Positions 41,314-50,822 of a stretch of DNA of 64,000 nucleotides are shown piece by piece. Origin of the DNA: a candidate division WOR-1 bacterium RIFCSPHIGHO2_01_FULL_53_15 (GTDB lineage: Bacteria > Margulisbacteria > WOR-1 > O2-12-FULL-45-9 > XYB2-FULL-48-7). The notes beneath the pieces were generated by a model, which was not told where the DNA came from, did not search any database, and saw only the letters and a program-made list of their open reading frames with translations. The position numbers and the translations under genes were made by a program. Within the stretch, counting starts at the first letter, position 1. Each line of letters begins with the position of its first letter. Location: assembly GCA_001772335.1 (NCBI GenBank), contig METM01000024.1, positions 307-64,306 on the forward strand, given 5' to 3'.

Positions 41314-42970
41314 TTGAGAAGTGCATTATCCCCTCGCCGAACTGCTTGCCGGCGGGGACGCCGTAATCGAGGCGGATCGGGCCGAGCGGCGTGTTGATGC
41401 GCACGCCGGGCCCCCAGCCGGAGATAAATTGATTGGTGTCGGGGGCCACGGTATTCCAGGCGCCGCCCCAATCGTAGAAGAAGACCCCCTGGAAAAGATC
41501 GGAGAAATTGAGGCGGTACTCGATGTTGGCGATGAATTTTCTTTTTCCCGTCTGGGCCTCGGTCGGATAGTAGCCCCGCACGGTGTTGGGCCCGCCCGCC
41601 CAGTAGAGGTCGCCGACCGGCACGTCGCCGACGGCAAAACCGGCGCCGGCGTGGAGGGCGAGGACCTGGTTGTCGACGACCGGGATATAATGATTGACGT
41701 CGGAGCCGACCTTGGTGAAGGTTGTCACGGCGCTCGTCGTCTTGAAACCCTGCTTGAAGTCGAGCGTATAAAATCTTCCTTCCTTAGGATTGAGCCAGAA
41801 GTCGCGGGTGTCATAGGAGAGGCCGACGCCGAAAGTGTCCGAGCGGTAGGCGTCAAAGACCGAGGCGCCGTAGGGGCTGACGTTCTCGCTGCCGACCGTC
41901 CAGTTAACGTTGTAATATTCCCGCAGCGGTTTGCTGATAGTGAAATCAAAGCCATTATAGAGACCGTCCTGGGTGGTCAGCAGGATATCGCGGCCGATCG
42001 TCAGCCAGCGCCGGAAAGTCAGCGCGGTGCGGTCGCCGAGACGCTCGGGCAGGAACCAGGGATTGGTATACCTGAATTGATAAGTGGAGAACTGCTGGCC
42101 GGATTGCCCGCGGATCAGGATCCCCTGAGCCGTGCCCATCAGGTTGTTGATCGAGAGATCGACGAAGCCGAACCAGCCCTCGCGCTCGCCGTAGCCGCCG
42201 CCGAAATTGATGGTGGATGAGCGCGTCTCCTTGATCTTGAGCGCGAGGACAATGGCCTCGCTGGAGATGCCGGTCTCAAAATTCGGCGTCACCTCGGAAA
42301 AGAAGCCGAGGTTAAAGACCCGGCGCAGGTCTTTCTTGAGCACTTCTTCGTTGAGTACGGTGCCGGGTTTTGTCTTGAGCTCGCGCAGGATGACATAGTC
42401 CTTGGTCGCTTCGTTGCCGTCGAGCGAGATCGATTCGACCACGCCTTCAACGATCTTGAAATGGAGCTTTTTCGTTTTTTTGTCGGCCTCGACGTCGATG
42501 ACCCGGGCCAGGATGTAGCCGGCTTGCTTGTACTTTTCGTTGATCTTCTCGATATCGTCCTGCATCTTCTTGAAGTTGAGGAGCGCTCCCTTTTTTGTCT
42601 CGAGCAGGGCGAAGATCTCCGCGGTCGAATAAACGGTATTGCCTTCGATCACGATCTCATCGATTCGCGGGTTTTCGACCACATTGAAGACAAGCCGGGT
42701 GCCGCCGGAATAGGCCTCAAACGACGGCACGATATCGGAGAAATAACCGAGGGAATAGATCGCCTTGAGCTCGCCCTTGACCTTGCCTTCGTTTAAGGCA
42801 TCGCCGACCCGGGTGAAAACGGCGTCCATGATCTCTTTGGCCGGCACGGCTTTGTTGCCCCTGACTTCTAGCGCGGTGATGGTCGAAGCGGCGGAAATCT
42901 CATCAGTCACTGCCAGAACCGGGCCGATCAGGCACAGGCAGATCAAAATGATCAAATTGAGTTTTTTCAT
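41297..42970 (-). CDS. bamA: Outer-membrane protein assembly factor BamA (Omp85 family)
   Basis: Signal peptide MKKLNLIILICLCLIGPVLA, then POTRA-like repeats (ITALEVRGNKAVP.., IDEIVIEGNTVYS.., VESISLDGNEATKD..). The C-terminal barrel ends ...MHFSIGQAF. I prefer ATG 42970; the track gives 42988. Confidence 0.9.
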   Translation of the reverse strand: MKKLNLIILICLCLIGPVLAVTDEISAASTITALEVRGNKAVPAKEIMDAVFTRVGDALNEGKVKGELKAIYSLGYFSDIVPSFEAYSGGTRLVFNVVENPRIDEIVIEGNTVYSTAEIFALLETKKGALLNFKKMQDDIEKINEKYKQAGYILARVIDVEADKKTKKLHFKIVEGVVESISLDGNEATKDYVILRELKTKPGTVLNEEVLKKDLRRVFNLGFFSEVTPNFETGISSEAIVLALKIKETRSSTINFGGGYGEREGWFGFVDLSINNLMGTAQGILIRGQSGQQFSTYQFRYTNPWFLPERLGDRTALTFRRWLTIGRDILLTTQDGLYNGFDFTISKPLREYYNVNWTVGSENVSPYGASVFDAYRSDTFGVGLSYDTRDFWLNPKEGRFYTLDFKQGFKTTSAVTTFTKVGSDVNHYIPVVDNQVLALHAGAGFAVGDVPVGDLYWAGGPNTVRGYYPTEAQTGKRKFIANIEYRLNFSDLFQGVFFYDWGGAWNTVAPDTNQFISGWGPGVRINTPLGPIRLDYGVPAGKQFGEGIMHFSIGQAF

Positions 42971-42981
42971 TTCAAGTCTTC

Positions 42982-45900
42982 TCACCAAAAAGAAAAACCG
43001 GCTTTCAGAGTTAATTTTTGATAGCCGGTCGTCTGGGCAGCGCTTGTCTGGAACGCGCTCACCGGTTCATTATAATATATTATAGCCCAGATCGGCGTCA
43101 ATTTATAGGTCAGCTGGTAATTGAAGAGCGTCTGCGCGCCGGCGCCGGTCGTCTGGTCGGTCCCCTGCGCGTAGCGGACGTCGAGATAGAGCCGGTCAAA
43201 GAACCCCTTGACGAAACCGACGCTCCAGGCGGGTTTTTCCTCAAAGCCCTTGATATCCCTAACCCCCATCGCCTCGCCGATCTTGGGGCCGAAGTTATAC
43301 TCGAGAGTCAAACTTTCGAGCCCCAGGCGCTGTTCCGCCTCGCGCTCAAGCCCGCGGAAAAGCAAACTCTGAACGCGGCTGGAGAGATAATCGGCCACCA
43401 CCGCGTTGGCGTCGGCCTGGCTTTCGGTCCCCGGCTGACCGATGCCGGCCAGCGACTTGATAAAATCGGGGAGCAGCATGACCTTGAGGTCCTGCTCGCT
43501 GTAGGCGGCCGGCGTAAATTGCGGCGGCGATTTTGTCTTGTCTTCGGTATAACCCGCCAGGGCGATCTTGAGCCCCCGCTCTTCGTCCCGCTCGCCGATC
43601 ATCCCCCGCAGGCGGGCCAGCACGTTGACCTTCTTCTTGACGTAGGCGCCGCCTTCCTTTTCCTGGTTGTCCACGTCGACGCTGGCGGTGATGTCAAGGT
43701 CCGGCTTGTTGCCCTCGCCGCGGAAGACGGCTGTGTTTTCGGAGTCGGCCGCGGTCGGGGCGTAGGTCGCGTATTTTTTGCGCAGCTCGGCGGTGAGGAG
43801 AGTGAATTCGCGGTTAAAGATATTGACCGTGCCGCGCCGGATCCCGATCCGGCCCAGCAGGTCGGGCGCCTTCAGGCCGCCCGAGATATTGAGCCCGCCG
43901 TTGATCTCAAGATTCATCAGGACATTGCTCAAATTGAGCGTCGCGACGTTACCCATGACCGCGTAGACGTTTTTCTCCAGGCCCACGTCCAGTCCCAGGC
44001 GCAGAGGGAAAACAGGCCCGCCGCCCGCCGTTTCCGGGAGAGTGATGACCGCATTACTGACCTCGACACTCCCCTGCAGGAGAGGGCCTTCGCTCCAGTC
44101 AAAATAGAGCGGCCCCTTGAGCGAGAGCGCCTTGACGTCCAGTGCGCCGGTATAAAGATCGCGAAAATCGGCATAGAGCAGGGTGGGAGAAAAAGCGAGG
44201 TCGAGATCGACGCGTCCCCGCTCGGCCAGCGCGCTCCCCAGATCGACCAAGCCGGAGAACCCGATGAAGTTGCCGATGTCTTTGGTCGTCCTGCCGGTCC
44301 AGATGCCGGTCAAGCCGTTGATCCGGAGAACATTGTTCTCGATCGTGGCCGAGCCGCTCAACTGCCGCAGATCGGCAGCCAGCGCTTTTACGTAAACGGT
44401 GTTGTCGGCGATCGTCACGGTCCCGTTGATCTTCGGCGCGGCCAGCGTGCCTGAAGCTTTTGCTTTGATGGTTGAATCGCCCTTTTGCCACTTGATCTGG
44501 TCGGTGAAAAGATTGATCAGGCCGAAGGCGCCGTCCTTGAGGTTCGCTTCGAGCGCGACCTTGCCGGGACGGTCGAAGCTGACGGAGCCGTAGGCGCTGG
44601 AGAGCTGGCCGCCATTGAGAAGAGAGAGCTCGTGGAGATAAAGCCCGTTCCCCTTTTTTGTGATCGAAATGGAGGCCTTGTCGAAATCGACGCCGGCCAG
44701 CGAGATGTTCCTGCCGCCGGCCGCCAGGGAATACCTTAAATTATCAAGCGGGCCGTCGATGCCGGCGTTCATGTTGAAAGCGCCATTGAATGCCTTGCCC
44801 GGGAAAGCCAGCTCCATGATGTCGAGCGGCAGGTTGTTGGCCACGGCGTGCAGAAAGAGCTCGCCTTTGAGGGAGTAATCGCCGCGGGCGGAGAGGCTGC
44901 CGCCCCCTTTGGTCAACAGCGCTTTTTCGATCTTGAAGGTCTGGTCCTTATAGCTGGCCGCGGCGTCGAGTGAATCAAAGTGATAGCTCCGGAAATTGCC
45001 CTTGCCGATCCGGCCGCTGAGCCGGCCCGCGAGGTTATTGACCGGCCCCTTGAGAGAGGCGCGCGCGGAGACGACCCCGCCCAGGACCTCCATTGGCGCG
45101 GCGGCCGTGAGCTTTTCCGACTCGACCCGCTGAAACCGCCAGGCGTCAAGGTAAGTTTTGGTCTTTTTGCCGTTGGCTGAATACAGCCGCAGGGCGCCGT
45201 CGCGGCTAAAAGCGGCCGCAGCCGGCAGGGCGAAACTGGTCATGTTCATTTTGACGATCGGCGGCCGCTCCGGCGAAGGAGAAAAGCGGCTGACGAGCTC
45301 GCCTTCGACTTTATAGAGGAGCTGGAACGCCGAGGCGAGGCCGGCCTCGACGATCTCGAACTGAAGATCGAGCCGGCTCGCCTCTATTTTCGCCGCGTCG
45401 AGCGAGAGCTCGCCGGTGAGCAAGTATTTGTCCCGGCCGTCCTGGAAGATGATCGGCTTCGTGACGGCGAATTTATTTTGATAAAAAGCCAGGCCGCCCG
45501 AGATATCGTCAATGAAAATATCGTTGAAGCTGAACTTTTTCAGCCAGAAACCGGCGGCGGCCTGCGGCTGGTCAAGCGTGCCGCCCAGGCGCAGAGCAAA
45601 CCCGGTCAGGCCGCTGAACCGGCCGTATCTTTTTGTCAGCCCCTTAAAGTAAGAAAGCTCGGCGATCCCTTCGAGCGAGCCGCTCAGGCCGCTGTCGCCC
45701 CCGAACCGGAGGTCGAGGTCCAGCTGGCCGGTCGGCATGACCAGCCGGCCGCTGATCTCCGTTGCCCGCGCCAGATCGCCTTTGGCCATGATCTCGAGTT
45801 TGGCTCGCCCGGCCAGATCGCGGACCTCCCCGCTCAGGTCGATTTTTCCGCCGCCGATCGCGATCGCGCCGCGTGCTTCATCAAAGAGCTGTTCGCCGAC

Positions 45901-47388
45901 CTCGCCGTCGGACAAGAGGACCTCGCCGGAGGCCGTCAGGTTCTTGAGGGGCGAGGTCAAAAAATCGGGGGTCAGCTGCCAGCGGGTGCGGCCGCTGAAC
46001 CGGTCGAGCGTTGCCCGCATCTTGCCGAAAACGCCCCGGCCGGCCAGGCGCAGGCCGGCCGCTTCCGTCCGCAGATCGAAGACCAGGTCGCGCGAAACGG
46101 TGCCGGAGGCCCGCAGTGAGACATTGCCCGAAGCGGCGACAAGATCGTCCAGCAAGAAATCATGGTCCTTGATCCGGAATGCAGTATTGAGCGTTGCCAT
46201 CGGCTGGCCGAAAACCAGGCCGCCCGAGAGTTTTGCCGCGAGTTTGCCGCTCAGGTCGCCGACGGGCCCGGCCAGGTCGAGCGAGCCGTCGGCACGGCCT
46301 TCGACCCCCGGGGCTTGCTGGGCCAGCGTCGCCAGATTGAGTCTGGAGAATTTAGCTTTGATGTCGAGCTTTGGCTTTTCGTTGAGTCGCAGGCCAAGAT
46401 CAGCGTCCAGAGCGCCGTCAAAAAATGAGCGGCTGGCTAACTCAAGCGAGAGGGCCTTTCCGTCGAAGCGCCCGCGCGCGGTGAGCGGGATATTGTTCAG
46501 CCTGCCGGCCGCCTTATCGATCGAGAGCTTGTCATCATCAAAAAAGAGTTCGCCGGCAATGGCATTGACTTTATACGCCTGAAAGTCGGCTGAGGCGCCG
46601 TAGAGCGCTGCCCGACCGACGAGGGCGACCGGCCAGCCGGCCGTTTTGGGCGGCGCGAGGCGCAGTTCAACATCGGCCGTGCCGCCGCGCGCCGTAAAGT
46701 CCGGTATGGGCAGGGTATAATTTCCCCATTTTTCGAAGCCGAGCTTTGCGGCCAAGACATTGAGCTCGTACCGGCCGGTAGGCAATTCAAACGAGCCGTG
46801 GGTTTTGACAACTTCAGGGACCTTGCCGGAGAAGGAGAACCTGACCCAGTCCTTTTTGCGCAGGTCGGCGGCGCCGTTCAAATCAGCCGCGGTGACTGTG
46901 AAACTGGCCGGCTTTTGTTTAAAGCCGCGCTGATCGGCATAAATGACGCGGCAATTTTGCAGGACGAGCCGGCCGCGAAACGGCGGAGGAGCGGCCGCGC
47001 CGCCGCCGCCCATAAAAGAAGCGAGGAGGGGAAAATCGCCCCGGCTGTCGCGCTCGACCGTAAAATCGCCGTTAACGACGGTGATCTTGGTCAGGGCCGG
47101 CGCCATATCGCCTTTGGCCAGGGCGTATTTAACCGGATTGTAAGTCAGGCTGACCTTGTTCGCGCGGCCGAGCCCCGCCACCTGGAAATTAATGAGGTCG
47201 ATCTGACCGATGACGATCCCGCCGGCGCGCTCGATCGTGACGCGGCGGTTAAAGAGGGCAGAAAATTCGCCTTCGGCCTGCCGCTTGATCTGATCGTAGA
47301 GCGTGGCGCCCCAATCCCGCAGGGAAAAACCCGAAGTGAAGAGGACAACTCCTAACAAAAGGGCGGCAGGGAGAAACTTTTTCATCAA
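42982..47388 (-). CDS. tamB: TamB/AsmA-like translocation and assembly module protein
   Basis: 1468 aa with a single N-terminal anchor (MMKKFLPAALLLGVVLFTSGF) and a long repetitive beta-rich body. The DUF490-like C-terminus ends ...YQKLTLKAGFSFW. It lies directly upstream of bamA (11-nt gap). Confidence 0.8.
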   Translation of the reverse strand: MMKKFLPAALLLGVVLFTSGFSLRDWGATLYDQIKRQAEGEFSALFNRRVTIERAGGIVIGQIDLINFQVAGLGRANKVSLTYNPVKYALAKGDMAPALTKITVVNGDFTVERDSRGDFPLLASFMGGGGAAAPPPFRGRLVLQNCRVIYADQRGFKQKPASFTVTAADLNGAADLRKKDWVRFSFSGKVPEVVKTHGSFELPTGRYELNVLAAKLGFEKWGNYTLPIPDFTARGGTADVELRLAPPKTAGWPVALVGRAALYGASADFQAYKVNAIAGELFFDDDKLSIDKAAGRLNNIPLTARGRFDGKALSLELASRSFFDGALDADLGLRLNEKPKLDIKAKFSRLNLATLAQQAPGVEGRADGSLDLAGPVGDLSGKLAAKLSGGLVFGQPMATLNTAFRIKDHDFLLDDLVAASGNVSLRASGTVSRDLVFDLRTEAAGLRLAGRGVFGKMRATLDRFSGRTRWQLTPDFLTSPLKNLTASGEVLLSDGEVGEQLFDEARGAIAIGGGKIDLSGEVRDLAGRAKLEIMAKGDLARATEISGRLVMPTGQLDLDLRFGGDSGLSGSLEGIAELSYFKGLTKRYGRFSGLTGFALRLGGTLDQPQAAAGFWLKKFSFNDIFIDDISGGLAFYQNKFAVTKPIIFQDGRDKYLLTGELSLDAAKIEASRLDLQFEIVEAGLASAFQLLYKVEGELVSRFSPSPERPPIVKMNMTSFALPAAAAFSRDGALRLYSANGKKTKTYLDAWRFQRVESEKLTAAAPMEVLGGVVSARASLKGPVNNLAGRLSGRIGKGNFRSYHFDSLDAAASYKDQTFKIEKALLTKGGGSLSARGDYSLKGELFLHAVANNLPLDIMELAFPGKAFNGAFNMNAGIDGPLDNLRYSLAAGGRNISLAGVDFDKASISITKKGNGLYLHELSLLNGGQLSSAYGSVSFDRPGKVALEANLKDGAFGLINLFTDQIKWQKGDSTIKAKASGTLAAPKINGTVTIADNTVYVKALAADLRQLSGSATIENNVLRINGLTGIWTGRTTKDIGNFIGFSGLVDLGSALAERGRVDLDLAFSPTLLYADFRDLYTGALDVKALSLKGPLYFDWSEGPLLQGSVEVSNAVITLPETAGGGPVFPLRLGLDVGLEKNVYAVMGNVATLNLSNVLMNLEINGGLNISGGLKAPDLLGRIGIRRGTVNIFNREFTLLTAELRKKYATYAPTAADSENTAVFRGEGNKPDLDITASVDVDNQEKEGGAYVKKKVNVLARLRGMIGERDEERGLKIALAGYTEDKTKSPPQFTPAAYSEQDLKVMLLPDFIKSLAGIGQPGTESQADANAVVADYLSSRVQSLLFRGLEREAEQRLGLESLTLEYNFGPKIGEAMGVRDIKGFEEKPAWSVGFVKGFFDRLYLDVRYAQGTDQTTGAGAQTLFNYQLTYKLTPIWAIIYYNEPVSAFQTSAAQTTGYQKLTLKAGFSFW

Positions 47389-47732
47389 AAGACGATCCCG
47401 ACGAGGATCGCAAAAACGGGGGAGACGAAGAGTTCGAGCGCCAGCTCGGCCTTGAGCTTGACCTTTTGCGCAGCGAGCCCAGGTTCGCTCGTCTTGAAGA
47501 TCAAACCGGAAAGCCCGGCGAGCCTAAAAAGTATTTTCAAGGCGATAATAGCTGGGATCAGGAAGAGCCAGCTTTGAGACATGATTAAAAATGTTATCAG
47601 CCCTCTTTCGACGACCCCGTCCCAGTCAAAAACAAAGCCGGCCTTTTCCGTCAGCAGAAAATTCGTCAGGTAGTGGATGAGAAAAGCCCCGCCAAAGGCA
47701 GAAACGGCGAGCGTGCCGGCAAATTGCCACAT
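47385..47732 (-). CDS. Small integral membrane protein (3-4 TM), unknown function
   Basis: 115-aa hydrophobic ORF with a 4-nt overlap with the tamB start. Confidence 0.55.
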   Translation of the reverse strand: MWQFAGTLAVSAFGGAFLIHYLTNFLLTEKAGFVFDWDGVVERGLITFLIMSQSWLFLIPAIIALKILFRLAGLSGLIFKTSEPGLAAQKVKLKAELALELFVSPVFAILVGIVF

Positions 47733-47767
47733 GATAATAAAAATATAGCGTATAGAGGGAGAAAAAG

Positions 47768-47794
47768 CAAGGCGCCCCGCAACGGGACGCCTTG
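47768..47794 (-). terminator. Rho-independent terminator after the lipoprotein gene
   Basis: Minus strand: CAAGGCGTCCCG-TTG-CGGGGCGCCTTG followed by CTTTTTCTCCC, ~25 nt after the stop at 47821. Confidence 0.7.
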
Positions 47795-47820
47795 TTCAAA
47801 CTTAGGGCCTAAAAAGTATT

Positions 47821-48609
47821 TTATGCCGGGGCAACGCTAATTGTTGACGAATAATCGCCGTAAGTGAATGAAGCGGTCGCCGTCCCGTTGAAAGTTATTG
47901 ACATCGTGGGCTGGCTGACGCCGTCATAAGTTGTGACGATCGAGATCGTGCCGGTCGGATAGTCGTCGGCTCCCGCGGTGACCGGCAGAGAATAACTGGA
48001 GATCGTGAAAGTCATGGCGATGGTGTGATCGCCCGCGCTGGCCGAAGAAGTAGAGATGTTAAAGATTATTGTTCCTGAAGCCGCAATGCTCGTCAGCGTC
48101 GAGCCCGACCAGGTGGCCGAGCCGTGATAGGGACTGCTGGCGCTGCCGAATGTTTCCGTATAAGAAAAAGACGACGCTCCCGAATAGGAATAGCCATAAC
48201 TGCCGTAGAGATAAACATCGGTCACCAGGCCAGCTTCGTTAGTGACGAGTCTGATAAAAAGATCCGCCTCATAGGTGGTGCCGATAGTGGAGGAAACTTC
48301 TTGAGTGATGTGGTAGTAGCCGTTGGCATCAGGACCGGTGACAGTGGTTGTTTGGGCCTTGACTGAAGCGCTCTTGATACCGGCGGTCGTGACTCCGGAA
48401 GAAACACTGCCGCTCCCGGCCCACACGCCCATTGATTCATTGACGGAGTTTGCCAGGCCGGCGCCGGTTGAGGCAAAGGACTCACCGGCCGTGTTCGTCA
48501 AAGCATTACTAGTCGAGGTGGTCGAAGCCGTCTGACAGCCGGCACTTAAAATGACGAATGACAAAACCAGAATGACGAAATAAGGAACAAACTTCAATTT
48601 TTTAAACAC
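47821..48609 (-). CDS. Ser/Thr/Gly-rich lipoprotein (hypothetical)
   Basis: GTG start after AGGAGGAAAATA. The signal peptide has the lipobox LSAGC (MFKKLKFVPYFVILVLSFVILSAGCQ). The mature part is very Ser/Thr-rich. Confidence 0.7.
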   Translation of the reverse strand: MFKKLKFVPYFVILVLSFVILSAGCQTASTTSTSNALTNTAGESFASTGAGLANSVNESMGVWAGSGSVSSGVTTAGIKSASVKAQTTTVTGPDANGYYHITQEVSSTIGTTYEADLFIRLVTNEAGLVTDVYLYGSYGYSYSGASSFSYTETFGSASSPYHGSATWSGSTLTSIAASGTIIFNISTSSASAGDHTIAMTFTISSYSLPVTAGADDYPTGTISIVTTYDGVSQPTMSITFNGTATASFTYGDYSSTISVAPA

Positions 48610-48620
48610 TATTTTCCTCC

Positions 48621-49712
48621 TTATAAGCCAATAGTAATGTCAGCCACGGTTGTCGTGCGGCCGGTGTTCTTGGCATCCATAACCGTGACGAGCCCGACAC
48701 GGGCGATCTTCAAGTTGATCTCAGCGCCGGCGGTCGTGAGAGCGAGATTCTGTCCGGAGGCCAGCCCGGCCCGCAGGACCACGATTCCCATGATCAGAGG
48801 ATATTCCAGGCCGAAGTGGAGATTGGTTTGACTGCCGGCCATTTCAAGGTCGGCCGCCACGCCCAGCCCCACACCGGGGATAGTTGTGTAAGCGCCGATG
48901 GCGGTTGAGCTAGTGAGATTAATGGTCTGGTCCGGGAGAGGGGTTTCCGGACCGAGCGTGGTCGTGCCGGCCGTCGCATCCATTGTAGCAACGCGGCGGG
49001 TCATCTTTAATGTATAGCTTGTTGAGAGGTTGCGGAGCGCCGCGCCGACCGCGACTTTGGAGACCATCGGCACGTCAAATGAGGTCAAGACACCGAGATC
49101 AAAACCGGTTCCAGCACCTGAGCCGTAATCCTGGTTGCCTGTGCCGGTGGTGACTGGTATACCGGTCGTGGCTGTAATGGAGCCCGAAACGCCGCTTAAT
49201 GACTTGAGATTAACACCGACATCGAGGGCGGCCGGCAGGTACGGGACCGCGAAAGTCGTGCCGAGCGTCAGCACGCCGTCGTAGTGGCCTTCGGCGGTGA
49301 CATAGCCGGCAAATGAATTGGCCGGTTTATTGACATTCGTGTCCAGGACCGGGATGACGCTGACGCCGATCTTTCTCAGGTTGATGCCGACAATGCCGTT
49401 AAGGTTGCCGTTAAAACTTAGATTATTGGCATAGTTGTCCAGCATGAATTTGGCTGGCGTGCTGGCGTTGGCAATGGAGTTCGAGAGTTGGGTGAGATCG
49501 GTGTAACCGGCCCCCGCGCCAACCTTGATCTCCGTCAGCAGAACATCGCTTCTCATCAGCGCGGCGGGATTATAGTAGGCGGCGGCTATGTCGTTTGACG
49601 CGGCCACCCCGGCGCCGCCCATGCCGGAAGCGCGGCCGCCGATCAGCAGTTGGGCTTGCGACATGGAAACACAGAGAAGCAGGAACAGAACAACGGAAAT
49701 TAACCTTTTCAT
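48621..49712 (-). CDS. Outer-membrane beta-barrel protein (FadL/PorV-like N-terminal motif)
   Basis: Signal peptide MKRLISVVLFLLLCVSMSQA. GGRASGMGGAGVAASNDIAAAYYNPAAL resembles the conserved N-terminal motif of FadL/TraF/PorV-type barrels. The rest has an alternating beta-strand pattern. Confidence 0.65.
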   Translation of the reverse strand: MKRLISVVLFLLLCVSMSQAQLLIGGRASGMGGAGVAASNDIAAAYYNPAALMRSDVLLTEIKVGAGAGYTDLTQLSNSIANASTPAKFMLDNYANNLSFNGNLNGIVGINLRKIGVSVIPVLDTNVNKPANSFAGYVTAEGHYDGVLTLGTTFAVPYLPAALDVGVNLKSLSGVSGSITATTGIPVTTGTGNQDYGSGAGTGFDLGVLTSFDVPMVSKVAVGAALRNLSTSYTLKMTRRVATMDATAGTTTLGPETPLPDQTINLTSSTAIGAYTTIPGVGLGVAADLEMAGSQTNLHFGLEYPLIMGIVVLRAGLASGQNLALTTAGAEINLKIARVGLVTVMDAKNTGRTTTVADITIGL

Positions 49713-49756
49713 AATGATCCTCCTTGGGAATAGTGAATAAATTTTAACACAGGCGG

Positions 49757-49785
49757 TTGATTTGTCAAGCCGACTATGGTAAAAT
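49757..49785 (+). promoter_or_regulatory. Sigma70-type promoter for gmk (TTGATT-N17-TAAAAT with TG extension)
   Basis: TTGATTtgtcaagccgactatggTAAAAT, 10 nt upstream of ATG 49796. Confidence 0.5.
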
Positions 49786-49795
49786 TATCATTCAG

Positions 49796-50407
49796 ATGCC
49801 CAAAAAAGCAAAACGTAAACGCGGTTTGCTGGTCGTGATCTCCGGCCCCTCGGGGGTCGGCAAGTCAACGGTGGTGCGGCGTCTCTTCAAGATCTATCCG
49901 GGGCTTGAGATGTCGATCTCATCGACGACGCGGACGCCGCGGCCGGGCGAAGAACACGGGCATCATTATTTTTTCATCACGCAGGAAGAATTTGACCTGC
50001 GGGTCAAGCAGGGACAGTTCTTAGAGTGGGCCAAGGTGCACGGCTCCTATTACGGCACGCCTCGCAAGTTCATCGAAGAAGAGCTGGGCAAGGGCGAAGT
50101 CGTGGTACTCGAGGTCGATGTCCAGGGGGCCGCTTCGATCAAGCGCTTCGTCGAAGAGGGGAAGCTGAAGGCCTCGGCGGTCTTCATCTTCCTGATCCCG
50201 CCTTCGGTCGACATCCTGGCGTTCCGCCTCAAGAAGCGGAAGACCGAAGATGAGGATGTGGTCAACTACCGCCTGCGGGCGGCGATCGCCGAATTGCAAG
50301 TCATGGAAAAGTACGACTATATAGTCGTCAACGACAAGGTCGAGTCGGCTTCGGAAAAGATCAAGGCCATTATTAACGTTGAAAAAGAAAGGACGTTGCT
50401 AAATTGA
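49796..50407 (+). CDS. gmk: Guanylate kinase
   Basis: GPSGVGKST P-loop, then SSTTRTPRPGEEHGHHYFF and EWAKVHGSYYGT. I prefer ATG 49796 over the track TTG 49757. Confidence 0.95.
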   Translation: MPKKAKRKRGLLVVISGPSGVGKSTVVRRLFKIYPGLEMSISSTTRTPRPGEEHGHHYFFITQEEFDLRVKQGQFLEWAKVHGSYYGTPRKFIEEELGKGEVVVLEVDVQGAASIKRFVEEGKLKASAVFIFLIPPSVDILAFRLKKRKTEDEDVVNYRLRAAIAELQVMEKYDYIVVNDKVESASEKIKAIINVEKERTLLN

Positions 50408-50739
50408 CGGAACTATCGATCGATAATTTGCTGACGAAGGCGAAGAATAAATTTTTACTGGTCAATGCCGCCGCGGGAAGGGCCAAGCAGGTCGCCGAAG
50501 GCTCACTGCCGTACGTCGATAACTTTGACCCGACCAATCCGATCATCACTGCCCTGCGCGAGATCGCGGCGGACAAGATCAGGATCAAGGTCCTGACCGG
50601 CCCGGCCGCCAAGAAAGCCGCCCAGGAGCTGATCGTGGCCGAAGAAGCGGCCAAGGGGCCCTCGGCTCTGGAGCGGCTGGCCAAGGGCAAAGAGAAGAAA
50701 GTCGCGCTGGTGAAGAAGAAAGAGAAAAAGAAGAAATAG
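50404..50739 (+). CDS. rpoZ: DNA-directed RNA polymerase subunit omega with a Lys-rich C-terminal tail
   Basis: NKFLLVNAAAGRAKQV...PIITALREIAADKI matches the omega core (NRFxLVxxAAxRAxQ...ALxEI). Conserved gmk-rpoZ linkage. The tail reads KGKEKKVALVKKKEKKKK. Confidence 0.88.
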   Translation: MTELSIDNLLTKAKNKFLLVNAAAGRAKQVAEGSLPYVDNFDPTNPIITALREIAADKIRIKVLTGPAAKKAAQELIVAEEAAKGPSALERLAKGKEKKVALVKKKEKKKK

Positions 50740-50822
50740 CCCTCACCCGCCAACGTTGAACCGGCCCCCCTCTCCCCCCGATGTGGGAATCGGGGCAAGC
50801 AGAGGGAGAGGGTAATATCAAG

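Noticed and set aside
39000-41400. Replication origin next to rsmG-parA-parB
   Set aside because: I found no cluster of DnaA-box-like 9-mers (TTATCCACA or its complement), no dnaA/dnaN and no AT-rich unwinding region. Intergenic space here is essentially zero.
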